Shown: positions 27,490 to 41,189 of the stretch, in pieces | Layout of the letters: the number at the start of each line of letters is the position of its first letter | Position numbering within the stretch: position 1 is the stretch's first letter | Source: Octopus vulgaris | Lineage: Eukaryota | Reading direction: 5' to 3' | Assembly: GCA_951406725.2 (NCBI GenBank) | Contig: OX597824.1 | Span: 55,676,001 to 55,740,000 of the forward strand | DNA: 64,000 nucleotides | The notes under the pieces: model-generated | Told to the model about the DNA's origin: nothing | Seen by the model: the letters and a program-made list of their open reading frames with translations, nothing else | Database searches by the model: none | Translations under genes and position numbers: made by a program

Positions 27490-28005
27490 CTTTACAAAAT
27501 TTATGCGTCTCGAAACAAATTTTATCCTACATTATTTATAAATTGAATAGTGTTCACTTCTGGATTCTCTCACTCTGTGAAAGTTTCTAGTTTGAATCAC
27601 ACGTGTCTCGAGATGTGCCAAAGATTTTCTATTTTGGATATATTTGGGGTACTTAGGTCTGCTCAGGACTTAGTGCTTGCTTTTTCCATGGGTATGAGTA
27701 AGTATTTCACTTATATCTCACGTATTTATCGCTGAAGAAGGGAAAATTCTTATGAATTAACCCCGAAATTGGGACCAATGCGGTAATAACGGATTTTTTA
27801 GAAATTTCTATCGGTTTGTTTTGAGACACATAAATTAGAATGGTTATGGACAATTTTTGTCTTTTTTTCGGCATATTTGGCATTAGAATTTTTCTTCTGC
27901 CCTCATTTTGTAAATTATTTATAAATTTAACCTTTAAAGGTATTTTTTGATATGTTGGCCATTGATAAAATTGTTTTCCCGAAAAAATTTTTATCCTACA
28001 TTAGT

Positions 28006-28006
<1 letters not shown>
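27490..28006 (+). mobile_element. Pseudo-LTR-type element with an HHR-like motif (27727-27785)
   Basis: tatcg-CTGAAGA-agggaaaattc..gaattaacccc-GAAA-TTGG-GA-CCAAT-G-cggta; direct repeat ttttatcctacatta at ~27521 and ~27989; inverted piece at 27498/27815. Confidence 0.6.
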
Positions 28007-28045
<39 letters not shown>

Positions 28046-28234
28046 TTATATAAAAGGGCTTAGTAAAATAAATTACTTTGCCACATACTGAACTCATTAG
28101 AAATAGTAGCTAAAAAAACTTTTTTAAAACTATTTCTAATACTTAAAGAAAATCTCTCTCATATAGTGTTTGCTCAATTCAACTCATGAAAGTATGGGGG
28201 TAAAGACATTAAAAAATCAAATGCAAAGGTTATT

Positions 28235-28287
28235 TGAGAACGTACGTTTCAAGATTAGTCAAACTCGACATTTCTATCATCAGCTCA
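28235..28287 (-). ncRNA. Minimal type-I hammerhead ribozyme (inverted copy)
   Basis: Reverse complement of 28511-28563. Confidence 0.8.
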
Positions 28288-28510
28288 GAACTCCTTGGTT
28301 TGGATCTGAAAACACTGAAAGTGGGAGCATACCCTTTCGGATTCTTATCGCTTCTGAAGGTCTGCTCGAAACTAACAGTGCCAACATACCCAAAAATGCA
28401 TTTTTTGGGTATGTTGGCACTGTTAGTTTCGAGCAGACCTTCAGAAGCGATAAGAAGCCAAAAGGGTATGCTCCCACTTTCAGTGTTTTCAGATCCAAAC
28501 CAAGGAGTTC

Positions 28511-28563
28511 TGAGCTGATGATAGAAATGTCGAGTTTGACTAATCTTGAAACGTACGTTCTCA
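28511..28563 (+). ncRNA. Minimal type-I hammerhead ribozyme
   Basis: tgag-CTGATGA-tagaaatgtc-gagttt-gactaatctt-GAAAC-GTAC-GTT-ctca; stem I tgag/ctca; palindromic helix III ACGTACGT; GUU site. Confidence 0.8.
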
Positions 28564-29074
28564 AATAACCTTTGCATTTGATTTTTTAATGTCTTTACCC
28601 CCATACTTTCGTGAGTTGAATTGAGCAAACACTATATGAGAGAGATTTTCTTTAAGTATTAGAAATAGTTTTAAAAAAGTTTTTTTAGCTACTATTTCTA
28701 ATGAGTTCAGTATGTGGCAAAGTAATTTATTTTACTAAGCCCTTTTATATAATGTAATAATTTGAATTCGCCTTAAATGGTCCCTTTACATACTGAACAC
28801 TTGGTGAAATTGATTAATAATTAATTAATTAATTTTACCCTCAATTGTTGAAATTATAATTCATCTCTCTCTATTAAATGTTTCGGATTTACCGAAAAAA
28901 CATAGTGTTTACTGATTTTAACCCACGCTGGTGGAAAGGGGAGAGCAGAAATTCTTCGCTTGCATTTTTTGGGTATGTTGGCACTGTTAGTTTCGAGCAG
29001 ACCTTCAGAAGCGATAAGAAGCCGAAAGGGTATGCTCCCACTTTCAGTGTTTTCAGATCCAAACCAAGGAGTTC

Positions 29075-29127
29075 TGAGCTGGTGATAGAAATGTCGAGTT
29101 TGACTAATCTTGAAACGTACGTTCTCA
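29075..29127 (+). ncRNA. Hammerhead copy with an A6G core change (CTGGTGA)
   Basis: Otherwise the same as 28511-28563, 564 bp downstream. Confidence 0.7.
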
Positions 29128-29413
29128 AATAACCTTTGCATTTGATTTTTTAATGTCTTTACCCCCATATTTTCGTGAGTTGATTGAGCAAACACTATAT
29201 GAGAGAGATTTTCTTTAAGTATTAGAAATAGTTTTAAAAAAGTTTTTTTAGCTACTATTTCTAATGAGTTCAGTATGTGGCAAAGTAATTTATTTTACTA
29301 AGCCCTTTTATATAATGTAATAATTTGAATTCGCCTTAAATGGTCCCTTTACATACTGAACACTTGGTGAAATTGATTAATAATTAATTAATTAATTTTA
29401 CCCTCAATTGTTG

Positions 29414-29517
<104 letters not shown>

Positions 29518-29519
29518 AA

Positions 29520-29680
29520 TCCACATGTATTTTTTATTCTCTCTCGTTTTATTTTCTTTTATTCCTTTCTGTTGAAAAGTGTAGGCTTGAAACGTAAAAT
29601 ACCTTTTCGCTTTTCTGAGTGCAAAACTAATATGCCTGCTTGTTGTTCATACGTGCCTTCATCTTTGAACTACTTTCTGT
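29520..29680 (+). mobile_element. PLE pseudo-LTR fragment with a degenerate HHR
   Basis: ttt-CTGTTGA-a-aagt-gtag-gctt-GAAAC-GTA-aaa; homologous to the minus-strand copy at ~52835-53000. Confidence 0.55.
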
Positions 29681-30017
29681 TCCCTGAAGACAGAGGCTCG
29701 TTTCATCCAACAATGGAATCAATCTACAAATATTATTTTGGATCACTGAACCCCCTGAAACAGCTGTTCAATCCCTTTAATTCTTGATATTTCTATTCTG
29801 TATAAGTCAGACCTTTTTCTATGTAAACATGCATACATTTTTTTTGTATTTCATGTATTTAATATACTCTCTAACTTGCCTATCCTTATATTTACTTCTC
29901 TACCCATCAAGTTTAAACCTCTTGAGCACTACTAAGTGTAATCTATACAGAGAATATTTGATTCTCATCCATGACTTATATGTATACATATATCTATATA
30001 TATACATACATACATAT

Positions 30018-30102
<85 letters not shown>

Positions 30103-30165
30103 TATACATATATATATATATATATACGAAAGAAGGTTTGAAAATGCAATTTAAAAGATGTTTAT

Positions 30166-30210
30166 TTACTTAACCGGTTTCACTCTTTGGAAAAAGATTG
30201 TCAAAAGTAA
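30166..30210 (-). ncRNA. Hammerhead-like motif with a U3-A8 core
   Basis: Reverse complement reads ttactt-TTGACAA-tcttt-ttcc-aaaga-gt-GAAAC-CG-GTT-aagtaa. Confidence 0.5.
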
Positions 30211-30609
30211 CATATGGAAGTTTGGTTGCGTTAATTATTGGTTGTTCCAAATTGCTACATTACATGTATATATACAGTCTTTGGTAACAGGGACATGTTA
30301 AGGACATAAAAAAGTACAACAGTATGATGAGAATATAAAGAGGTTTAACAAGCTCATTGAAAAAATGGGCAGAAAAGATTAAAACAAATATATTATACAT
30401 CTCAGGGTAATTTCCAGGAGGAATTATCAAAAAAAGTTCAGTACAGAATATTATGAATTCAAAAAGATTTACATTAAGATTTACATTAATGTAGTGGCGA
30501 GGTTGTTACTGACCTATCCGTTTTAGCAGAAATGTGGAATTGAAAAGAATGTACCCATTTTTTTCTTTTTTTGGCTCTCCTTCAAGCATCAATGATTTGG
30601 GGGTTAGGA

Positions 30610-31837
30610 TGAGGTGAATATGTGTGTCTCTGCGTGTATGTGTGCATGCATACATATACATGTGGTGTGAATAGATGTATCTGTGTGTCTGTAGTATTTG
30701 GTCAGATGGTGTCTGTTTGTCAAGTGTGTGTGGTTGTCATGGTGTTGTGTGTGCGTGTGTGTGTGCATGCATGTGTACGCATGTATGAGTGTGGATGGCA
30801 TTTGACATGGTGCTGCGTGTGTATATATGTGCCTGTATGGAGGTGAGATTGGTGTGAGTGTGTGTGTCCCTGTGTGCGTGCACATACACGTATACAAGTG
30901 TCTGCGTGTGTGTGGGGGCTGTTTTTGATTGGTTCCAGGGTAGTGAAAATAGATGTGTGTTGTTTAAAGAATTTTTTGGGGTAGGATGGTGTGTGTATAT
31001 GCGTGCCCACCCGTGTGCACACGCGTGCGTGCGCGTATGCGCCTACGTGTGTGTGCGGGCCATACACACACACTACATATACATATATATATCCACACAC
31101 ACACACACACACATACATCATACACACATACACCACACACACACATACACATATCTCACCCCCCCCACACACACACACAACACACATACACACATAATAT
31201 ACACACACGCAACACACACACACACAACACACATACATACAGAACACACACACACACAACGCACATACATATAATGCACACACACAACACATAAATATAA
31301 CATATATTTATATATAATATACACACATATGACACACACACACAACACACAACACAAGCACACATACATACATAATATAAATACAACACATATACACCTA
31401 ACACATATATACATACAATACACATACACAGCATATATATAATACACATACACAATATATACATATAACATACATACACAATACATACATATAATATATA
31501 TATATAGACAATGCATATACATATATACATATATACATATATACAATGTTTACATACACATACATAAATATACCACATATACACACAATATACATACATA
31601 CAATGTATACATATACATATACACATACATATAACATATATACACATAACATACACATACACAATGCATACATATATATACATATAATGTATATACATGT
31701 ATTCATGCATATACAACACACATACAATATACATATATACAATGCATATATACACATACATATACACATAATGTATACATACATATACAACACACATACA
31801 TATAATATACATATACACAATGCACATACATATAATG

Positions 31838-31873
<36 letters not shown>

Positions 31874-32200
31874 CATATATACACACACATATATATATAA
31901 TGCACACACACACACGCACACAAAATACATACATATAGCGTACACACACATATATATCTACATACCACACACACACACAAACAATGCACTCACATATACA
32001 CATATACAATGCACACACACACACACACACACGCACACACACACACACAACACACACACACACACACAACCCACACAACACACACACACATACATAACAT
32101 ACATATATATAATGCATGTGTGTATACACACACACACACACACACACATATATACATACACATACATATATATACATACATGTATGTACATATATACAAA
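30610..32200. repeat. Large compound (CA/TA/TG)n low-complexity field
   Basis: Continuous degenerate dinucleotide repeats; the ORFs here are C/V/Y/H/T artefacts. Confidence 0.95.
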
Positions 32201-33298
32201 TTTTATGTAGGCATTGTGAGGCTTATAGACTGTAGAACTCAATATACAAGTCAGTGCAAACGTTCTGAGTGTCTGTGCATAAATTTGCTTTGATGATGTT
32301 TGTTTAAGTTCTGCATAAAAAATATGCCCTGACAGTCAGTTGTTTGGCAGGTAAAGACCACTGGAATAAAGTACTTTTCTTGAAAACAAAGGAGGCATCA
32401 GGAAAGATATCTAGCTATAGAAAACTATGTCAAGAAGTCTTGTCCAATACATACTTGCATAGAAAAAGCTGATCTAAAACAATAATGGAGATGATATTAT
32501 ACAACAGGAGCCAACCCCTGTGTGGTTTCTCAATTTGCTAGAATCTGTGGTCAAACCTCTCACAAATCACACTATCATCTTAAAAAATGAAAGATGCATT
32601 GATACTACAAGATACATTAAGCCTGAAAAAAGAAATGAAAGGAAAGTCATGGCTGTAATATTTTGATGGCAGTGTAGCATTAGCAGGGCAGTCAAATTAC
32701 TTCACCCCTGCGTAGCAGCACACTGGTGCTGTGTTCCACCGCTCTTTAAAAGCTAATGGCAGAGTAATAGCATGCACTTTTTAAAGGTGTTTTATTCAGT
32801 TGCTGTCTAAATGTCAGAACATTTGGTCCCCTTTCGTCGCTGCTTTGCTTTATCCCATTCAGATGTAGACACTAATCTATCAACGAGCTTGTGGATCGTC
32901 TAGCTTGACACACTGTGGGATTTCTACCTCACCTCACTACCACTTCAAAACTTATTGGATATTTTAGATTTTCAGCCAAGTACAAGAGCTAACTACCTTG
33001 ATGTGCATTAAGGAATTAACTCATGCCTCCTACACCCTAGTATCTTGTACGCTTATCTCTGTTGTGCCAGCTACTTCATGTATGAGCAAGGAATTATGTT
33101 TGTTAAACAAAAGCATTACCTTCCGATTTTTATCGTTACCTTTATGTAAAACATGCATTTATACGTTTCAAACCTTCTTATGTGTACACATCTAAATATA
33201 CTTCCTAAACTGGTAAAGCCCAACTCTTAATTTACCTCTTGTTACAACAGGCTTGTTCAGTCAGGGCAGATCTAGAGCGACACTGTTACTATAAATAT

Positions 33299-33357
<59 letters not shown>

Positions 33358-34824
33358 CTGTTTGGTGAGAATGTTGCTGAAATCAATAGAACATACTTAA
33401 AACTTATAGTTTTGTTTTATCATGTGTCACATATTTGATGTCCCATATCTTATCTTTTTTGCCTAATCTATTTAACCTTTGAACTTCATAAAACCTAACT
33501 ACAATCTATGTCACATAACAGCAAATAACATTAAAGGCCCATAAATTGATAGTAATGTTTGATCTGCTAGAAATAATAAACAACTCTCCCTCAAATCACA
33601 CTCTACCATTTTAAAGTGAGCAATACTAACAGGATTAAATAGTCTGGTAAAAAAATGGTAGACCATCTACCCTATCAGAGCTGAACTGAGTTAAACAACA
33701 ACAATAACATTTCCAGTGATACTATGTGCAGATGTGTCTCAAAAAATATCTTGCACTCTGATCAAATTTTCACCTATCATCTTAAGTATTAAGTCTTATG
33801 ATTTTAGTAAGTGATGCACAAAAATAATTTGCTCAGGACAAATTATTGTAACTACATACAAAATAAGAAAACACTTTTCTGCTAAAACAGCAGAATAGTG
33901 AAAGCAGGAACTGTTGATCAGAATATAAAGAAAGTAAGTAAAGTTTGTAATGGCAGTCACATAGTATAAGATTATGTTCAATATCTTTTGTATAATAAAT
34001 GGTATCATGTTAACTGTTACTGATGAAATATGTTGTCATCAGTTCCCCTATTAACACAGGAGATGACAACATAGTATCATTAGGAATGAAAAATTGTACT
34101 CTAGGAATAATTATACAGAGGCATAATTAGATAGAATGTGCTATGACTAAAACTACCAAAATATATAGCTCACATAGAAAAAGAGATTAAGAACTATGGT
34201 AGGCAAATTTGAAATGAAAGAATAAGTTAGACAAAAGTGAAGTGAAAGAATAAGGTAGATAAACATGGAATGAAAGAGCTTATTTAATGCTATAGGAAGA
34301 AATTTGGTAAGTGAAACAACAAAGGATGTGCTATCTAAGGATGTGCTATCTAAATATATTGCGTCCCCTGAAACAAGAATAAAAAGGAAGTTATGAACAA
34401 CAGAATAAGTTAATGCAAAATTTAATAGGAACATAAAATTTAAAAGGAAGAGAAAAGTGAGAATATTGGAGGAAACCAACAATGTGAGCAGAGCAAGTAT
34501 TAAGTAAAAATAAGACATTATAATGTGGGGCATGAAAGAATACTTGTCAAAGATTGAGAAGGAAAGAATTGATTATGACAGTCAAAACTAATGGAAACTT
34601 ACAAATGTTTAATTGTAATTAAGTGATTCAGATGATTTGATCATGTTAGCTCCCAAAGACCCCATTTTAACGATCTTTGCACAATCAGAAATAATGCTGA
34701 ACTTGTTAAAAAGTATCAGGCATAATAATACACTGACATGGATGTGGCTGGACATGGTATCAGTCTTGCATACAGTGACTGTATTTGAAGAAGCTCTCCA
34801 CTGGCACTATAGTTGTCCTTCATG

Positions 34825-35900
34825 GACTGGACAATGCTATATTTGTTCTACTGGACTGGACAACTGTATAGTTGATTCTAATAGCCTGCACAATTGATTC
34901 TAATTCACCGAACAACACTACAGTTGACCCAAATTGACTTGATAACTGTGTAGTTGATTCTAATGGACTGAACAGTATTATAGCTTATCTCAATGAACTG
35001 GACAAAAATATACTTGACCCCAATGGACTGAACGACTATATCTGACCTCCATGGACTAGAAATATTATTATTGGACCTAATGCACTGGACAACTATATAG
35101 TTTATCCTAATTGATAGGACAAAATGTTAATTGATTCTAATGGACTGAACAACAATTTATAGGATCTTAATGAAGTGGACAACTATGTAGTTGACCTTAA
35201 TGGACTAAACAATACTATAGTTGATTTTAATTGACTGCACAATAGTATAGTTGAATCCAGTGTAGAGGACAAAAGGATCATTGATCCTATTGGGCTGAAC
35301 AACACTTTTATTGACCTAAATGAACAGGGTAACAGTATAATTGTGCTTAGTGTTGAACTGTCTTTAATGGACAGTTCAACATTATAGTTGATCTTAACTG
35401 ATGGAATAACGGTTTAGTTGAACTCAAGGTAGAGGACAAAACAATAGTTGATCCTAATGGATTACAGTTGATTCTAATGGACTGGAAAGCCTTATAATGG
35501 ATTAAACACCGCTATAATCTTATTGGACTGGAACACCACTATAATTTGTCCTATTGAACTGAACAACAATCTTGTTGATGGTCATGGACTGAACAGCACT
35601 ATAGTTGACCCTAAGTACTGGACAATGTTATAGTTGATCTTAATTTTACTCGGTAATACTAATAGATGATCCTAATGGGCTGGACAATACTATACTTAAT
35701 CTTAATGGACTGAATAACAATATAGTTGATTTAAATGAACTGGACAACAGTATAGCTGTTTTTAATGTGCTTATACTATAGTTGAACTTATTGGACTGGA
35801 CAGCTGCATAGTTGATCCTAAAGGCCTGGACAATGATATAGTTCATCCTAATTGGTTGGATGATTCTATAGTAAATCTTTTGACCCTTATTGACTGGGCC
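34825..35900 (+). repeat. Degenerate 30-bp minisatellite (roughly 35 units)
   Basis: Approximate consensus gttgatcctaatggactggacaacactata, recurring with 30-bp period. Confidence 0.85.
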
Positions 35901-36699
35901 ATTTTCAATGTGACTGTTTTGTCCAGACACTCAACACAGTACTCCACAAAATATATCACTTTATTATACACCATTATATTCTTTCAAAATTTTTTTTTTT
36001 TTTTCAATTTCAGAATCATTAGAGTGATGCAGAAATTGTGTTGCAGCATTTAGTTTTGTCATTTCCCATTCTGAATTCAAGTCCTGATTGAGTTAACTTT
36101 TCTCTCAGCCTCTTGAGCTTTATAAAATATGGGACCAGTCATGTACGAAGCTCCATATAACTGACTTTTTACATACTCCTAAATCTCTGGTTTTGCTTTT
36201 GTTCTGGTTGTTGTTAATTATGTTGTTCATGGTGCTTGTTATTATTGCTGTTAATTATGTCATTCTTGTTCTTGTTTTGTGTTGTGGTTGTTGTTGTAAC
36301 ACAGATTAATGTATTGTCAGCAATGCCTGCAAAGAAACAATTTAGCACCATCAAAAATATTCACTGCATTCCACCTTCACCACTAATAATAATATGCCCC
36401 CCTTTGGCACTGCTATGTTAATGTCAAGTTGCAAACCTATACATATTTGATAACTCTCAATCATGTGACTAGATTTAGTGATTATCTGTAATCAGTATTA
36501 TTATCTGTTTGTTCTCAACTGTCACATGGAATATTTCAGTAAATATGTCCAGTAATGAAAAACAGAAAACAAAAAAACAATCATTAAATTGATTTAAAAG
36601 AGAAAAACATATAGTCAATATATCCCCAACTAATTTCAGTTAAAATTAGAGAAAAATCATATGTTGATGAAAATAATAAGTTGTACTGAATAATAACAA

Positions 36700-37909
36700 T
36701 AATGAATCTTGACATAATTATTAGTCTTTCTCTACAGAGATAACACCAATGGTAACACACTTCTCCCATTACTTCATGCAGCTGTGAAGACCTCATCTGT
36801 AGAAGTTGGTAGGTTGCATCTGGAGCCAAGACTTTACCTTGGAAATAAGTTCATCATCATCTGAAAAGTGCTTCTCTTTCAAAACAGACTTCATGGTTGG
36901 AAAGGGGTAGAAGTCAGATGGTGCAAGGTCAGGAGAGTAAGGAGGATGAGGGAGGATTTCATAGCCACAGTAGTGTGCTTTCATCTGGGCAACATGCGCA
37001 TTGTGGACTGTCTTGGAGAAGGTGGATTCCTTTGGCCACTCAGCTTTCATGGCATCCTGCAATTTCTGCAGCAAAGAAGCATAATATGCCCCATTAATTG
37101 TAGTGTCCATTGCCAGAAAATCCATCATCTCTACTCTGCATTGGTCCCAAAAGACTGTGAGCATCACCTTGCCTGCTGAGCATTGGACACAAACCTTCTT
37201 TGGAGGTGGTGAGTTATCATGCTTCCATTGATTCGACTGAACTTTAGTCTCAGGATCACAGTGATGGACGGATGTTTCATTTTGTATGATAAGTCTGCCG
37301 ACGAAGTCCTCCTCATTTTCTCGACACATTACCAAAAGAGCTTGGGAGTAATTGACTCATTCCTGCTTCTGAAAAGGTGTGAGCATTCAGAAAATCCATC
37401 ATGCAGACAACTTCCACATGTTCAAATAATTGTAAATGATTTTTTTCCACAGACCCTATACTTATCTTCACTTCTTGGGCTAGTTGCCAAATAGTTATGC
37501 AGTAATCCTCCAAAATAGCAGCTTCCACTTTATGGATGGTGTTATCATCAATGGTGGAATGTGGTTGTCCAGGAATGGGAGCAGTTTCCACCGATGTCCA
37601 ACCACATTTGAATTGGCTATGCCAGTGCCTGAAGGTGCATCATCACCATAAATTTCTTTCATCTCATCAAAAGTCTCTTCTGGTGTATGACCTTTCAATT
37701 ATAAGAACCTGATCACTGATCTGCATTCAACTGCCCCCATTATAACACCTTAGTCCACTTCAGCAGCCGTAAAAGTCAAACAGATACTAGTGGAATACTG
37801 CAGTTTACAATGTGACATGTAGAAACATGTATAATTATACCTGTATAAGTTCGATTTCCTGCAATAACTGGAAGTGGGTCAGGGGAAATGTTTAATGAAC
37901 AACCCTCAT
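36700..37909 (-). mobile_element. Mariner transposon, decayed
   Basis: NETSVHHCDPETK.QS.QW, KVMLTVFWD, HPPYSPDLAPSDF; N-terminal HTH region (GHTPEETFDEMKEIYGDDAPS); 5' terminus tatgagggttgttc. Confidence 0.88.
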
Positions 37910-37989
37910 AAATACCAGTAGAACACTGGGTCAATATAACTGTCTCATCTCCTCCCCCAAATTGCTGCCCTTGTGGCAAAATTTGAAAC

Positions 37990-38051
<62 letters not shown>

Positions 38052-38069
38052 ATTATTATTATTATTATT

Positions 38070-41000
38070 CTATGTTTGACTTTTGCTTTACATTTGCACA
38101 AGCTGACTCCAAGTCTCACCTAGAGACCTCAAGAGACAACAAGTTGGAAGTTCATGTTGGTGTTATGCCGAGGGTGCCATATATTTGGTTTTGTACTTAG
38201 TGTTGTACTAGTGAATGCCTAAAGAACCATACGAAAATTATGTTTGTTTTAAAACTTGAGATTACATAGAAAGTATTTTGCATAGGATATGAGCAGTTCC
38301 CATGAGCACTATCTTTTGAATTCCTGCCATTTTGGGGTTTCCTGGTATCTGAGTTAGGTAGCAATCAGTCCCTTTTGCTATCATTCCCAGGGCACCTATG
38401 ACAACAAGTATTGTTTTAGTCTTCAGGTTCCACATTTTGCTGATTTCTATTTCCAGATCTTTATATTTGCTCAGTTTCTGGTAGGGCTTGACAGATACAT
38501 TTATATCGATTGGGACAGTCATATCAATGAGGAGGCATGTTTTTTGTCTGAAGTCTTTTACTATGATGTCTGGCCTATTTGCATCTATCTTTCTGTCAGT
38601 TTGAATGGTGAAGTTCCAGAGGAGTGAGATGTGGTCATTTTCAAGCACTGGAGGTGGTTTGTGTTCCCACCAATTTTTATCATGGGGCAAGTCCAGGCTT
38701 TTGCAATGAATATATTGTGCAGCTCTATCATGCCTGTTGAGATACTCTGTAGGTGCAAGAAGACTGCACTTGGAAACAACATGATCGATGGTTTCATTTT
38801 GTTGTTGACATACACGACATGTTGGGCTACTGCCGTTCTTTAATATATTGGCCTGGTAGTTTCTTGTAAGTAGGCATTGATCTTGAGCTGCTATGAGAAA
38901 CCCTTCTGTTTCAGATTTTAAGCCAGAGGCCATTAGCCATTGATGGGTCAGGGCTTTGTCAACATCTGCATTATTCACTCTCTTTGGGTATTTGCCATTG
39001 AGAGGTTTTTCTTGCCATTTATCATTCAAATTATCTAAGGCAGCAGCTTTAGCACGGGTTTTCATGCGCTTAGCTTTTTCTGTGCTTGTTTCTTGTGTGT
39101 CTAATTCCGAAATTTGTTGTATTCGGAATTCACTTAGACATTCCTTTGCCTGTTTTGTTACTGAGTATGATGCTTTCCTGTTTTCATGTTTTGAGACAAG
39201 TTATAACATCCAGTCCTCAGAGTTTTTCAGGTAGGTGTCTAAGCCAATTGTAGCAACCTTCATTGTTATTGCCAGTTGTAAAAGCCCACGGCCTCCCTCT
39301 TTTCTTGGTGGATAAAGTCATTCTATATCTGCCTTAGGGTGGTGCATTCTATGCATTGTCAACAGTTTTCGTATTTTTCTGTCAAGATTACATATTTCAG
39401 TAATTGACCAGTTAATGATATTGAAACTGTAAGTCATGACTGGTATGGCTAAAGAATTGATTGCTTCGATCCTGTTTCTTGCATTCAGCTCTGTCTTGAG
39501 TATTGCTCTTACTCTGCAATAACATTCTCTCCTGATCCTTTCCTTCATCACTGAATGCCTTATTCCATCCTTTTCAATTACCCCTAGGTACTTGTAGCTC
39601 TCCGCTGGGTCTAACTCTTTTATGACATTTTGCTGGTCGAGGTAAACATTAGATGTTTCTGTCATTTTTCCTTTGATAACAGTAGCTTTTGCACATTTAT
39701 CGAGGCCAAATTGCATTTTGATGTCATCACTGAATTGTTTAACAATCGTTAGTAAGCCCTTGAGTTGTTGGTCATTTTTTGAAAAGATCTTTAAATCATC
39801 CATGTAAATGAGAAGATTTATATTTTTATTCAACATTTTATAACTGTACTGTGCGTCATTGAGCAATTTTGAGAGAGGTATTAAGGCTAAACAAAAGAGG
39901 AGTGGTGATAGTGAGTCGCCCCGGAAAATGCCACATGAAATTTTTACATCAGTAGCATTTAGAGATTCATCATCACTGTTCAAAGTTAGTGTGGTTCTCC
40001 ATGATCTCATACTTACAGACAAAAATTTCGCAGAGTAGGCGCTATTTCGTACATTTCCAGGCATTTCTTTATCCAGCTATGTGGTAGGCTATCAAAAGCC
40101 TTTTTATAGTCTATCCAGGCTATTGACAAGTTTTTGTGTCGTTTGTGACAATCTTCTAAGATCATCTTATTGATGAGTAGCTGATCTTTACAACCACATT
40201 TACATCCTTTCTGTTCATTAGGGAATATGCTGCTGTCTATTAAAAAACTATAGGTATATTCTGTCAGGACAGATGTTAGCGTTTTATACATAGTTGTTAA
40301 GCAGGTTATGGGTCTATAGTTTTTTGGTTCATTTGTTTCTTCACTTTTTGGGAGCAAGAATGTTAAACCGTTAACTAGCCAAGCAGGCATCCTACTAGGG
40401 TGTTGCAAAACATCATTGTAAAGTTCTGTTAGCAGTTCATGGCTCTCTGGGAAGGCATTCAACCAGAAGTTAGGAATTTTATCCTTTCCTGGAGACTTCC
40501 ATTTGCTTGACCTCCTGAGAGCAGATCTTACATCTTCTACCTTGACACCCTCCCACTTTTGCTCCTCTAAGGAGTGCAAGTCCGTCGCTATTCTGTCAAT
40601 CTAAGGGGCCTTTTCATTGTGTGTTTTTTCTTCTGCCCAAATTTTATTCCAAAAACCGTGCATTTCGTCTTTTGATGGTACAGACTTCATAGTAACTGGT
40701 GTTTTCCCTATCTTCCTGTAAACATTTTTGGGGTTATTTTTGAACATGTTGTTGTCCTTGAAGAATCTAACACACTTTTCATACCTTGCTATGCGGGCAG
40801 CTTTAGCAGATACCTTTTGCTTGATGGTTTCTATGGTGGCATCAATATCAAGTATAATTTTCATATATTTTTTCTTTAATTTTTGAGTTTTTGTAGGTTT
40901 GGTAGTCTTGTCAACCTTAAGGTTTTTCAAACATTCTATGTCAGACCTAAGTAGTTTAATTTGATGTTGGATACGCTCTTGCCAAGAAGGCAAGAGCGTA

Positions 41001-41123
41001 TGTGGGAATGTTGCCATTTTCTAATCTTTTTACCACATAGGATCGTTGAGATTTTCACAGATGCATAGTACAGGTGGTTGAGATCTGTGATATTAACATC
41101 ATTAGCTGATTAACATCATTAGC

Positions 41124-41125
<2 letters not shown>
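38070..41125 (-). mobile_element. R4/Dong-like non-LTR element (RT + restriction-like endonuclease)
   Basis: KSPGKDKI, NYRPITCL, WIDYKKAFDS, GIFRGDSLSP, YMDDLK, CRVC..ETIDHVVSKC, RHDR, RPDI; flanked by (TTA)n at 37991-38069 and 41125-41183. Confidence 0.9.
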
Positions 41126-41160
<35 letters not shown>

Positions 41161-41189
41161 CATTATTATTATTATTATTATTAATTTCA

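Noticed and set aside
28170-28628. Mirror-image 132-aa and 94-aa ORFs on both strands
   Set aside because: Produced by the palindrome; no recognisable domain
28698-28815. CTAATGA...GAAA as a second hammerhead in the 564-bp unit
   Set aside because: CTAAT is part of a separate hairpin, GAAA is offset from the stem and there is no stem I
30604-32293. Long Cys/Val/Tyr/His-rich ORFs (also at 18216, 21070, 47834 and elsewhere)
   Set aside because: Translations of dinucleotide repeats
34825-35900. CRISPR array
   Set aside because: Contiguous degenerate units with no unique spacers, no cas genes, eukaryotic context
36793-37335. SETMAR-like domesticated gene
   Set aside because: Frameshifted, catalytic residues lost, no SET domain
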